Shown piece by piece: positions 1-9,879 of a stretch of DNA of 64,000 bases. Source of the DNA: an uncultured Candidatus Rokubacteria bacterium (lineage in GTDB: Bacteria > Methylomirabilota > Methylomirabilia > Rokubacteriales > CSP1-6). The stretch covers positions 672,001-736,000 of the forward strand of contig CAVWWD010000005.1 of assembly GCA_963758635.1 (NCBI GenBank), given 5' to 3'. Each line of letters starts with the position of its first letter. Position 1 is the stretch's first letter. A program made the translations under genes and the position numbers. The notes beneath the pieces were generated by a model, which saw only the letters and a list, made by a program, of their open reading frames with translations, did no database searches and was not told the origin of the DNA.

Positions 1-2
1 TC

Positions 3-167
3 GCCGCCGACGATCCCATCCTGGGCCTGCCGAACGTCATCTGCTCGCCGCACAACGCCGGACAGACGCCCGAGGTGGTCCGCGACGGGCTCCTGCGCGC
101 CGTGCAGAACGTCGAGAGCTTCCTCAAGGGCAAGCCCACCGACGTGGTGGTCGCCCCCGTCAGGTAG
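3..167 (+). CDS. C-terminal part of a D-isomer-specific 2-hydroxyacid dehydrogenase (SerA-like), truncated by the window edge
   Basis: Manual translation AADDPILGLPNVICSPHNAGQTPEVVRDGLLRAVQNVESFLKG..* matches the family's LPNV-x-TPH-x-G-x-T catalytic His region. Confidence 0.8.
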   Translation, partial: AADDPILGLPNVICSPHNAGQTPEVVRDGLLRAVQNVESFLKGKPTDVVVAPVR

Positions 168-226
168 CCCCCACCCGGATCGGCGGACGGCCGCGGCGAG
201 CGCCGTCCCGGGAAGGCAGTCCAGCG

Positions 227-2419
227 ATGCCCATCAAGACCGATCCCCGCTTCATCGGCCGCGCCTGGATGACCCCCGACGCGCCCGTCGTGGCCGGGCA
301 GCACGGCACGTGGACGATCACCTACGAGGTGGGCGCCTACGGCTACGACGAGCGCGCGCGCCTCAAGATCGCCTCGCGCTTCGCCTCGGACTGGGGGCGC
401 CCGCAGTTCACGCGCCCCGCGGCCGCGGAGTACACCACGGTGCGCCTCGAGAGCCGCGCCGCCACCACGGTGGCCGATCTCGCCTTCGAGCCTCGCGGCC
501 AGGTCCGGCCGTGGTTCAAGTGCCTCGTCGTGTCGATCGCCGACGGCTCGCTCTCCGCCGGCGACCGCATCCACGTCACGATCGGCGACACGAGCGGCGG
601 CGGCCCGGGCTCGCGGGCCCAGACCTTCCGGGAGCGGGGCTGCGAGTGGCGGCTCTTCGTGGATCCGTTCGGGACCGAGCTCTACACCGTGCTCGAGGCG
701 TCCCCGCGCCTCGACGTGGTCGGCGGCGGCTTCCACCGGCTCGTCACGGTGGCGCCCACCACCGTGCGCCCCGGCGAGCCGTTCGACGCGCTCGTGAAGG
801 CCGAGGACCTGTGGGGCAACCCGTGCGAGCGGTTCGACGGCGAGGTGGCGCTGGACGCCCCGGGCGTCGAGGGGCTGCCCGCGCGCGTGGCGTGGCGGAG
901 CGGCGAGGTCGCGGTGGCCCGCCTCGCCGGGCTCCGCCTGGGCGCGGCCGGCGCGGAGGCGCGCATCGCGGCGAGCCACGCCGGCCATCGCGTCGAGTCC
1001 AACCTGATCCGGACCCTCGCCGCCGGCGAGACGCGCGCGTTCTGGGGCGACCTGCACGGTCAAACGCGAGCGACGGTCGGCACGGGGACGATCGAGGAGT
1101 ACTTCGCCTTCGGTCGCGACGTGGCGCTCCTCGACATGATGTGCCACCAGGCCAACGACTTCCAGGTGACGGAAGAGGAATGGCAGCGCCTGCGCCGCGA
1201 GATCGACCGCTTCCACCAGGACGGCCGCTGCGTGATCTTCGTGGGCTACGAGTGGTCGGGCATGACCCCGGGCGGCGGCGACCGGAACGTGATGTACCGG
1301 GGCGACGTGGCCTCGCTCCACCGCTCGTCGCACGCCGAGGTCGAGGACATGTCGGACGCGGCGACCGACTGCTTCCCGGTGACCGAGCTGTTCCGCGAGC
1401 TGTCCGGGCGGGACGACGTCATGCTCATCCCCCACATCGGCGGCCGCTACGCGGACATCGTGGGCTTCCACGACCCCGCGCTCGAGCACGTGGTCGAGAT
1501 CTACTCGGACTGGGGGCGCTTCGAGTGGCTGCTCGAGGACGCCCTCCGGCAGGGCCACACCGTGGGGGTGGTGGCCAACTCCGACGGCCACAAGGGCCGG
1601 CCGGGGGCGAGCCACCCCGGCGCGTCCACGTTCGGCGCATACGGCGGCCTGACCTGCGTGCTCTCGGACGCCCTCACGCGCGACGCCGTGTTCGACGCCA
1701 TCAGGCGCCGCCGCTGCTACGCCACGACGGCGGCCCAGCGGATCCACGTGGAGCTGACCGTGGCCGGCCTGCCGATGGGCGCGGAGGGACGCGTCACGGG
1801 ACCGGTGCGGATCGCCGGCCGGGTGGCGGGCACCGGCCCCATCGAGCGGGTGGACGTGTTCCGCGGGCTCGAGCGGATCGGAACGGCGTCGCCGTACTCC
1901 GCGGCCTCGGTCGAGGGCTCGCGCCGCTACCGCGTGGCGTGGGCGGGATCGCGCGTGCGGGGCCGTGACCGACTCACGGTCTGGGACGGGCACTGCGAGC
2001 TCTCGGCCGGGCGCATCCTCGACGCGGTGCCGTTCGCCATGGAGAACCCGGAGAAGGGCATCGCTTCGCTCAGCGACGCCAAGGTCCGCTGGATCTCCAA
2101 CACCACCGGCGACGACGACGGCGTGGACCTCACGCTGGACGCCCCCGCCGGCGCCGTGCTGGCCTTCCGCACCCCGGTGCTGAACCTCGACGTGCCGCTG
2201 GCCGACCTCGCCGGCGGCGACACGCGCACCTTCCCCGCGGGCGGCGTGGACCTGCGCGTGTTCATGCGCCGCCTGCCCGCGCGCGACCAGACGCCGGAGA
2301 TCCGGTTCGACGTGACCGACCCCACGCCGCCCCGTGGCGCCCGGCACGCGTACTGGATCCGCGTGACCCAGGAGGACGGAGCCCAGGCGTGGACGAGCCC
2401 GGTGTACCTCGAGGCGTGA
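227..2419 (+). CDS. DUF3604-like / PHP-fold metallohydrolase domain protein
   Basis: 730 aa ORF with WGDLHGQ, GYEWS, PHIGG, VEIYSDWG, ANSDGH, RRCYATT and C-terminal AWTSPVY motifs typical of this family. Confidence 0.75.
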   Translation: MPIKTDPRFIGRAWMTPDAPVVAGQHGTWTITYEVGAYGYDERARLKIASRFASDWGRPQFTRPAAAEYTTVRLESRAATTVADLAFEPRGQVRPWFKCLVVSIADGSLSAGDRIHVTIGDTSGGGPGSRAQTFRERGCEWRLFVDPFGTELYTVLEASPRLDVVGGGFHRLVTVAPTTVRPGEPFDALVKAEDLWGNPCERFDGEVALDAPGVEGLPARVAWRSGEVAVARLAGLRLGAAGAEARIAASHAGHRVESNLIRTLAAGETRAFWGDLHGQTRATVGTGTIEEYFAFGRDVALLDMMCHQANDFQVTEEEWQRLRREIDRFHQDGRCVIFVGYEWSGMTPGGGDRNVMYRGDVASLHRSSHAEVEDMSDAATDCFPVTELFRELSGRDDVMLIPHIGGRYADIVGFHDPALEHVVEIYSDWGRFEWLLEDALRQGHTVGVVANSDGHKGRPGASHPGASTFGAYGGLTCVLSDALTRDAVFDAIRRRRCYATTAAQRIHVELTVAGLPMGAEGRVTGPVRIAGRVAGTGPIERVDVFRGLERIGTASPYSAASVEGSRRYRVAWAGSRVRGRDRLTVWDGHCELSAGRILDAVPFAMENPEKGIASLSDAKVRWISNTTGDDDGVDLTLDAPAGAVLAFRTPVLNLDVPLADLAGGDTRTFPAGGVDLRVFMRRLPARDQTPEIRFDVTDPTPPRGARHAYWIRVTQEDGAQAWTSPVYLEA

Positions 2420-2464
2420 GCGGGGCGAGCGCTGTTCCCGCCGCGGAGGGGGCGCGGCGCGCCC

Positions 2465-2865
2465 GCGCGGCCCACCCGGGCGGGCGCTTCGTGGAGTTCC
2501 CGGAGGCCGCGCTCGGACGATCGATCGGTGAAGCGGCGCGCGATCGTCTGCGGCACCTCGGGCGCCGCGCCGGGACTTCCTGACGTCGCGGACCTGGAGG
2601 CGTCGCCGATGCCGGCCAGTGCTCGCCTGGACGTGGCCGAGGTCGACGACGCCTGGCTACGGCGCGCCATCGACGCTCGTGGGGCGATGAAGGCGGCAGG
2701 ACGGCGGCATCCGGACGCTGCTTCCAGCTCGGCGGCCAGTCGTGCTGGCCGCCGGATCGCGCCCGGCGCGGTGGCGTCGCGCTGGAGTCCTGCTCAAGAC
2801 CCTGCTCCAGTCTCCGACCGTGGCCGAGATGGCGGCGGCCATCGTCCTGCACGAGGGAGAACGGC
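2465..2865 (+). pseudogene. Heavily deleted relic of an NRPS-like adenylation-thiolation (A-PCP) gene
   Basis: Short frames read AHPGGRFVEFPEAALGRSIG (A-domain N-terminus-like), FQLGGQS at 2722-2742 (PCP LGGHS motif) and LLKTLLQSPTVAEMAAAI from 2790, broken by indels. Confidence 0.55.
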
Positions 2866-2890
2866 GGGGCGGCGCGGGAGCGCCTTCCGG

Positions 2891-2919
2891 TTGACGGCCC
2901 GCGCCCCCGCTGGCATGAT
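2891..2919 (+). promoter_or_regulatory. Putative sigma-70 promoter of the liv-type operon
   Basis: TTGACG-N17-CATGAT with TG extended -10, about 70 bp upstream of the permease. Confidence 0.5.
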
Positions 2920-2988
2920 CTGCGGGCTCGATCACGACGACGTGCGCCACGCCGCATGCACGCGGCGCCGGCCTGAGCGAGGGTAGCG

Positions 2989-3862
2989 CTGGACATCGTC
3001 CTGCAGCTGGTGCTGAACGGGCTCGCCGTCGGTTGCATCTACGGCCTGGTCGCTCTCGGCTTCGTGCTCATCTACAAGGCGACGGAGCTCGTGAACTTCG
3101 CCCAGGGCGACTTCATGATGCTCGGCGCGTTCTGCTGCTACATGTTCGTGGTCTGGTACGGCTTCGGCTACTGGGCCGCGTTCACGCTCGCCATCGCCCT
3201 CGTCGCCCTCTTCGGCGCCGCGCTGGACCGCGTGGTGCTCCGGCGGGTCATCGGCCAGCCCCAGTTCGCGGTGGTCATGCTCACCATCGGCCTCGGCGCC
3301 ATCTTCCGGAGCTTCGCCTCGATGACGTGGGGCTCGGAGATCTACACGCTGCCCACGCCGTGGAGCGCCAAGGCCACCCGGCTCGGCGGCGTGGCGGTGA
3401 GCCACGAGTACGTGTCGATCATCGTGGGCACGGTCATCCTGTGCGCCGGGCTCTACGTGTTCTTCACGCACACGCGGGTGGGCGTGGCCATGCAGGCGGC
3501 CTCGCAGAACCAGCTCGCCGCGTACTACATGGGCATCCCGGTCAAGCGCGTGTTCTCCCTCATCTGGGCCATCTCCGCCGGGCGTCGCCACCATCGCCGG
3601 CGTGCTGCTCGCGCCCGTCTCGCTGATCGACATCAACCTGGGGTTCATCGGGCTCAAGGCGTTCGCCGCCGCCGTCCTCGGCGGCTTCGGGTCGATCCCC
3701 GGGGCGCTCGCCGGCGGCATCACCATCGGGCTCATCGAGCTGTTCTCCGGCGCCTACCTGCCGCAAGGCGTGAAGGACGTGGCGGCCTACGTGGTGCTGC
3801 TGGTCGTGCTCGCGATCCGCCCGCAGGGCATGTTCGGCTCGGTGGGACGGAAGAAGGTCTAG
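2989..3862 (+). CDS. livH: Branched-chain amino acid ABC transporter permease (LivH-like); frameshift at ~3580; probable CTG start
   Basis: NGLAVGCIYGLVALGFVLIYKATELVNFAQG N-terminus, continuing in frame 3602..3862 (KAFAAAVLGGFGSIPGA..RPQGMFG); extra G in gccgggcgtc. Confidence 0.88.
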
Positions 3863-3869
3863 GGGCCCC

Positions 3870-5012
3870 GTGCGCTTCGTCTTCCGGACCTCCTACGTGC
3901 AGGACCTCGGCCTCTTCCGCGACGGCGTCCAGCGCAAGTGGTACGCGGCGCTCCTCGCCGGATGCCTCGTGCTGCCCTGGGTGGTTCCCGACTACCTGGT
4001 CGACGTGAGCCTCGTCTTCATCTACGGCATCTGCGGCGTCTCGCTGATGGTGCTCGCGGGCTACACCGGCCTCGTCAGCCTGGGCCACGCCGCGTTCCTG
4101 GGCATCGGCGCCTACGCCCACGTCTACTTCGTCCAGGACCTCCACCTGCCCTGGGTGGTCTCGATGGTCCTGGCCGCCGCCATCACCGCCGCCGTCGGCA
4201 TCCTGGTGGGCCTGCCCGCGCTGCGCATGACCGGCGTGTACCTGACCATCGCCACGCTGGCCTTCGCGCTCATCATCCAGGAGGTCCTGACCCACTGGGA
4301 GACGGTGACGGGCGGCCTCAAGGGCAAGGCGGTGGCCAAGCCCATCGTCTTCGGCGTGTCGTTCGCGCGGAACGACGCGTTCTACTTCCTCTGTCTGGCC
4401 ATGCTCATCGGCGCCCTCTGGCTCACCCAGAACCTGCTGCGCACGCCCACCGGGCGCGCGTGGGTCGCGATCCGCGACAGCGAGATCGCCGCGCAGTCGA
4501 TGGGCGTCAACCTCGCCGCGTACAAGACGATGGCCTTCGCCTACTCCGCGGGCCTGATCGGGGCCGCCGGCGCGCTCTTCGCCCACAAGGTGGGCTACCT
4601 GGCGCCCGACATCTTCACCGTGCTGCTCTCGATCCAGTTCCTGCTGATGGTGGTGGTCGGCGGCCTCGGCAGCCTGCACGGCGCCATCTACGGCGCGGTG
4701 TTCGTGGCCATGCTCCCCGTGCTCATCTCCGAGACGCGCGACTCGCTGCCCGCCGGGCTCGGCCGGGTCGCCTCCGTGTTCGGCGCCGACGCGGGCAACG
4801 CGGTGGCGGGCGCGGTGGACCGCCTGGTGAAGCAGCCCGGGCTCGAGGCGGGCATCTTCGGCCTCATCCTGGTGCTGTTCATCCTCTTCGAGCCGCTCGG
4901 CATCTACGGGCGCTTCATGAAGCTCAAGCTCTACTTCTCCATGTTCCCGCTCTACAAGCGGGCCACGTTCAAGCGCCAGAAGACCTACATGCGCTCGGAG
5001 CGCCTGCGGTGA
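3870..5012 (+). CDS. livM: Branched-chain amino acid ABC transporter permease (LivM-like)
   Basis: GYTGLVSLGHAAFLGIGAY, GRAWVAIRDSEIAAQSMGVN, VVGGLGSLHGA. Confidence 0.92.
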   Translation: MRFVFRTSYVQDLGLFRDGVQRKWYAALLAGCLVLPWVVPDYLVDVSLVFIYGICGVSLMVLAGYTGLVSLGHAAFLGIGAYAHVYFVQDLHLPWVVSMVLAAAITAAVGILVGLPALRMTGVYLTIATLAFALIIQEVLTHWETVTGGLKGKAVAKPIVFGVSFARNDAFYFLCLAMLIGALWLTQNLLRTPTGRAWVAIRDSEIAAQSMGVNLAAYKTMAFAYSAGLIGAAGALFAHKVGYLAPDIFTVLLSIQFLLMVVVGGLGSLHGAIYGAVFVAMLPVLISETRDSLPAGLGRVASVFGADAGNAVAGAVDRLVKQPGLEAGIFGLILVLFILFEPLGIYGRFMKLKLYFSMFPLYKRATFKRQKTYMRSERLR

Positions 5013-5770
5013 CCGCGCTCTTCCGCGCCGAGGACCTCGCCATCAACTTCGGCGGGATCCGGGCCGTGGACGGCGTGACGTTCGAGGTGGAGGCGGGCCA
5101 GGTCTTCACGATCATCGGGCCGAACGGCGCGGGCAAGACGACGATCTTCAACCTGGTGAGCCGCATCTACGACTCCACGCAGGGCCGGCTCTTCTTCCGG
5201 GGCGAGGACATCACCCGCGTGCCCCCGCACGAGATCGCCCGGCGGGGCATCGCGCGGACCTTCCAGAACATCGAGCTGTTCGAGCACGCCACCGTGCTGC
5301 AGAACCTGCTGCTCGGGCGCCATGCCCATCGGAAGTCGCGGTTCCTCCAGGAGCTCCTCTGGCTGCCACGCGTGCGCGCCATGGAGATGGCCCACCGCGA
5401 GGCCGCGGAGAAGGTCATCGACTTCCTCGACCTGCAGCCGTACCGGGACAGCCTGATCGTCAACCTGCCCTACGGCGTCCGGAAGGTGGTGGAGGTGGGC
5501 CGCGCGCTCTGCGCCGAGCCGTCGCTGCTGCTCCTCGACGAGCCGTCCTCCGGCCTCAGCGTGGAGGAGACCGCGGAGATGGCGTTCTGGATCCAGGACA
5601 TCCGCGCGCTCCTCGGGATCACGGTGCTCATGGTCGAGCACGACATGAGCCTGGTGTCCGCGGTGTCCGACCGCGTGCTCGCGCTGAACGACGGGCGGCC
5701 CATCGCCGAGGGCACGGCGCGCGAGGTGCAGGAGCACCCGGAGGTCGTCCGCGCCTACCTGGGCGGATGA
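5009..5770 (+). CDS. livG: ABC transporter ATP-binding protein (LivG-like)
   Basis: GTG start overlapping the livM stop (GTGA); Walker A GPNGAGKTT, RTFQN, LLLDEP, VEHDM, AYLG. Confidence 0.92.
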   Translation: MTALFRAEDLAINFGGIRAVDGVTFEVEAGQVFTIIGPNGAGKTTIFNLVSRIYDSTQGRLFFRGEDITRVPPHEIARRGIARTFQNIELFEHATVLQNLLLGRHAHRKSRFLQELLWLPRVRAMEMAHREAAEKVIDFLDLQPYRDSLIVNLPYGVRKVVEVGRALCAEPSLLLLDEPSSGLSVEETAEMAFWIQDIRALLGITVLMVEHDMSLVSAVSDRVLALNDGRPIAEGTAREVQEHPEVVRAYLGG

Positions 5771-5781
5771 GGGAGGACGCC

Positions 5782-6555
5782 ATGCCCGACGCCCTCCTCA
5801 GCGTGAGCAACATCGAGACCTACTACGGGCCCATCATGGCCATCCGCGGGGTGAGCTTCTCCGTGCCCGCGGGGTCGATCGTCACCATCCTCGGCGCCAA
5901 CGGCGCGGGCAAGACCACCATCCTCAAGACGGTGTCGGGCGTGATGGACCCCCAGAAGGGCACGGTGGTCTTCGACGGCCAGGAGGTGGCGGGCCGGGAC
6001 CCCGACCGGGTGATGCGGCTCGGGCTCTCCCACGTGCCCGAGGGCCGCGAGGTGTTCCCGTTCCTGTCCGTGCGGGAAAACCTGCGGATGGGCGCCTACA
6101 CCCGGCGGGACGCCGCGGGCGTCGCCGAGGACCTGGAGATGGTGTACGGCTACTTCCCCGTCCTCCGCGAGCGGTCGGAGCAGCGGGCGGGCCAGCTGTC
6201 CGGGGGCGAGCAGCAGATGCTGGCGATCAGCCGGGCCCTGATGGCCCGGCCCAAGATGATGCTCCTGGACGAGCCGTCGCTGGGGCTCTCGCCCAAGCTC
6301 GTCAAGGAGATCTTCGAGATCATCGGGCGGATCAACCGCGAGCGCGGCGTCACGGTGCTGCTGGTGGAGCAGAATGCTAACATGGCGCTGCACACCGCCC
6401 AGTACGGGTACGTCCTGGAGGTCGGCCGCATCGTCATGGAAGGGCCGTGCGACCAGCTCCGCGAGAAGGACGACATCAAGGAGTTCTACCTCGGCGCGAA
6501 GGAGGAGAGCGTCCGGGGCACGCGCCGCTGGAAGCGCAAGAAGACGTGGCGCTGA
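5782..6555 (+). CDS. livF: ABC transporter ATP-binding protein (LivF-like)
   Basis: GGAGG RBS; GANGAGKTT, VPEGREVF, LSGGEQQM, LLDEPSLGL, VEQN. Confidence 0.92.
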   Translation: MPDALLSVSNIETYYGPIMAIRGVSFSVPAGSIVTILGANGAGKTTILKTVSGVMDPQKGTVVFDGQEVAGRDPDRVMRLGLSHVPEGREVFPFLSVRENLRMGAYTRRDAAGVAEDLEMVYGYFPVLRERSEQRAGQLSGGEQQMLAISRALMARPKMMLLDEPSLGLSPKLVKEIFEIIGRINRERGVTVLLVEQNANMALHTAQYGYVLEVGRIVMEGPCDQLREKDDIKEFYLGAKEESVRGTRRWKRKKTWR

Positions 6556-6613
6556 GGCCGGCGCGCCGCCGCGAGCGTCGCCGGAGCAACCGGGGACCCG
6601 GGGAGATCACGTC

Positions 6614-8478
6614 ATGAGCATCGCCGTCACGCCCGCGCCGGCCCGGCCCGACGCGCCGCCCTGCACCGTCCTCGGCCAGGACACCCTGCCGCGCCTGTTC
6701 CGTCACGTGGTCGGCCTGCGCGGCGACGCCCCCGCCATGCGCGAGAAGGCCCTCGGGGTGTGGCGCGCCATCACGTGGCGCCAGTACGGCGACCGGGCGA
6801 AGCACGTGGCCCTGGGCCTCGTCGCGCTGGGCTTCCGGCCCGGCGACGTCGTCTCCATCCTCGCCGACAACTGCCCGGAGTGGCTCTACACGGACATGGG
6901 CACCCTCGCCGCGGGGGGCGTCACCAACGGGATCTACACCACCGACTCCGCCTCGCAGGTCGCCTACATCGTCAACGACAGCGGCACGCGCTTTCTGTTC
7001 GTGGAGAACGAGGAGCAGCTCGACAAGGCCCTCGAGGCCCGGCGGCGCTGCCCGACCGTGGTGAAGATCGTCGTCTACGACATGGACGGCCTCCACGCCT
7101 TCTCCGACGAGCAGGTGATGCCCTTCGCCGGGCTCCTCGAGCTGGGCGCGGCGTGGGAGCGCGAGCACCCGAGCGCCTTCGACCGCATGGTGGAGATCGC
7201 GCGGCCCGACGACCTCGCCATCCTCGTGTACACCTCCGGCACCACCGGCCCGCCCAAGGGGGCCATGCTGAGCCACCGGAACATCCTCTTCCAGCTCGAC
7301 TACTCCGACTTCATCACCGACCTGCGGCCGGGCGACCAGCAGCTCTCGTTCCTGCCGCTGTGCCACATCGCCGAGCGCACGTTCACCGTGTTCAACCCCC
7401 TCCGCTCCGGCGCCACCGTGAACTTCGCGGAGAGCGTGGACACCGTGCCCGAGAACATCCGCGAGGTCGCCCCCGCCCTCTTCTTCGCGGTGCCCCGCAT
7501 CTGGGAGAAGTTCTACTCCGCGGTGGCGCTCCGCATGCAGGAGGCGACGTGGCTCGGGCGGGCCGCCTACGCGTGGGCCATCGGCGTCGGCATGCGCGTG
7601 GCCGAGCACCGCCTCGCGGGGACGCGCCCGGGCCGCGGGGCTCTCCGCTCCTCCACCGCGCCGCCGACTTCCTGGTGCTCGACAACCTCAAGCGCTCGAT
7701 GGGCCTGCACCGGGCTCGCGGCGCGGCCACCGGCGCCGCGCCCATCGCCCCCGAGCTGATCAAGTGGTACATGGCGCTCGGCATCGACCTGCGCGAGGTG
7801 TACGGCCAGACGGAGAACTGTGGCCTCGCCACCGCGATGCCCGCCGAGCGCATCAAGCTCGGCACGGTCGGCACCGCCCGCCCCGGCACCGAGGTGCGGC
7901 TGTCGCCCGACGGCGAGATCCTGCTCCGCGGGCCGCACGTGTTCCTGGGCTACTACGGCAAGCCGGACAAGACGGCGGAGACGGTCGTGGACGGCTGGCT
8001 CCACACCGGCGACGTGGGCGGGCTCGACGCAGACGGGTTCCTGACCATCACCGACCGCATGAAGGACATCATCATCACCGCGGGCGGCAAGAACGTGACG
8101 CCGTCGGAGATCGAGAACCAGCTGAAGTTCTCGCCGTTCATCTCCGACGCGGTGGTGATCGGGGACAAGCGGAAGTTCCTCACGTGCCTCGTCATGATCG
8201 ACCACGAGATCGTGGCCCAGTTCGCCCAGGAGAAGAACATCCCCTTCACCAACTTCGCCTCGCTCTGCCGTGCGCCGGCGGTGCAGGAGCTGATCGGGGG
8301 CGAGATCGAGCGCGTGAATCGCCAGCTCGCCCGCGTGGAGACGGTGAAGAAGTTCCGCCTGATCGAGCAGATCCTGACCCCGGAGGACGAGGAGCTGACG
8401 CCGACCATGAAGCTCCGCCGCGCCTTCGTCAACGTGAAGTACAAGAACCTCATCGACGCGATGTACGCGGAAGCCTAG
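6614..8478 (+). CDS. Long-chain acyl-CoA synthetase (AMP-dependent ligase); frameshift at ~7635
   Basis: YTSGTTGPPKG and FLPLCHIAER in frame 6374; YGQTE, WLHTGDVG, DRMKDIIITAGGKN and LTPTMKL in frame 6760. Confidence 0.9.
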
Positions 8479-8600
8479 GCTCGGGAACCGATGAGACGGG
8501 CGACGGGTTGACCTGCGTCGGACGGATCGACCGAGTCCCCGACCGTCGGGATCCTCCGCCCTGCGAAGGCGCCCCGACGGCAAACCAAAAAGGAGAACGC

Positions 8601-9773
8601 ATGACGATGTGGCTTCGAGTGGGAGTGCTCGCCGCCGCGCTGGCCCTGGCCGGCTCGGTGGACGCGCAGAGCGCGCGCGGCGTCAGCAAGGGCGAGATCG
8701 TGCTCGGCATGCACACCGACCTGTCGGGACCGGCCGCCACCTACGGCGTGTCGTCGTCCAACGCGGTGCGGATGCGCTTCGACGAGGTGAACGCCCGCGG
8801 CGGCATCCACGGGCGCAAGATCAAGCTGGTCGTGGAGGACACGCAGTACCAGGTCCCGCGCGCCGTCCAGGCCGGCAACAAGCTGATCAACCGCGACAAC
8901 ATCTTCGCCATGGTCGCGGGGCTCGGCACCCCGATGAACAACGCGCTGTTCAAGGAGCAGTTCGACGCGGGCGTGCCCAACCTCTTCCCGCTCTCCGCCG
9001 CCCGCTCGATGTTCGAGCCCTTCCACAAGCTGAAGTTCTACGGCGCCGCCACCTACGTGGACCAGGTGCGGGCCGGCATCAACTACTTCGTGACCAAGAA
9101 GGGCAAGAAGGCCGTCTGCGCCATGTACCAGGACACCGACTTCGGCAAGGAGGTGCTGGACGGCGTCCAGGCCCAGGTCGCGCACATGAAGATCAAGCTG
9201 GCCGAGACGACCACCCACAAGCCGACCGACCAGGACTTCACCGCCCAGGTCACCAAGCTGAAGGCCGCGGGCTGCGACCTCGTGGTCCTCGGCACCATCG
9301 TCCGCGACTCGATCGTGCCCTTCGCCACGGCGCGGAAGATCGGCTGGACCGACGTCGACTTCCTCGGCTCCGCCGCGAGCTACGACCTCTTCGTGGCCGG
9401 CGCCCAGGGCGGCGTCACCGAGGGCCTCTACGCCATGGGCCTCACCGACATGCCGTACCGCGACACCCTGAGCCCGACCGCCCAGGGCTGGTTCGACCGC
9501 TACAAGGAGCGCTTCAAGGTGGATCCGAACATCGGCGCGGTGTACGGCCACGTGGCCGCCGACCTGACGGTGGTCGGCCTCGAGCGGGGCGGCGCCGACC
9601 TGAGCCTGGACTCGTTCGTGAAGGGCCTCGAGTCCGTCAAGGGCTACCGCGACATCTTCAACGGGCCCGAGGTGAGCTTCGGCCCCAACAAGCACCAGGG
9701 CGCCAGCTCGTCGTTCCTCGCCGTGGTCAAGGGCGGGCGCTGGGTCCGGGTGACCGACCCCCTCGGCTTCTGA
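8601..9773 (+). CDS. ABC transporter substrate-binding protein (LivJ/K-like, class I)
   Basis: AGGAG RBS, signal peptide, GMHTDLSGPAA, NARGGIHGRKI, YQDTDFG. Confidence 0.9.
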   Translation: MTMWLRVGVLAAALALAGSVDAQSARGVSKGEIVLGMHTDLSGPAATYGVSSSNAVRMRFDEVNARGGIHGRKIKLVVEDTQYQVPRAVQAGNKLINRDNIFAMVAGLGTPMNNALFKEQFDAGVPNLFPLSAARSMFEPFHKLKFYGAATYVDQVRAGINYFVTKKGKKAVCAMYQDTDFGKEVLDGVQAQVAHMKIKLAETTTHKPTDQDFTAQVTKLKAAGCDLVVLGTIVRDSIVPFATARKIGWTDVDFLGSAASYDLFVAGAQGGVTEGLYAMGLTDMPYRDTLSPTAQGWFDRYKERFKVDPNIGAVYGHVAADLTVVGLERGGADLSLDSFVKGLESVKGYRDIFNGPEVSFGPNKHQGASSSFLAVVKGGRWVRVTDPLGF

Positions 9774-9879
9774 TCGCTCGCGCTGGACCGCTCCCGCTCG
9801 TCCGCCGGAGACCGGCCGGACCGGTCTCCCGCGCGGCGGGGCGGGACGACCACCGCTGGACGGCGAGAGAGGAGCGACG

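Noticed and set aside
2528..2986. 152-aa hypothetical CDS
   Set aside because: No motifs, overlaps the liv promoter, and is better explained as a shadow frame over the A-PCP relic
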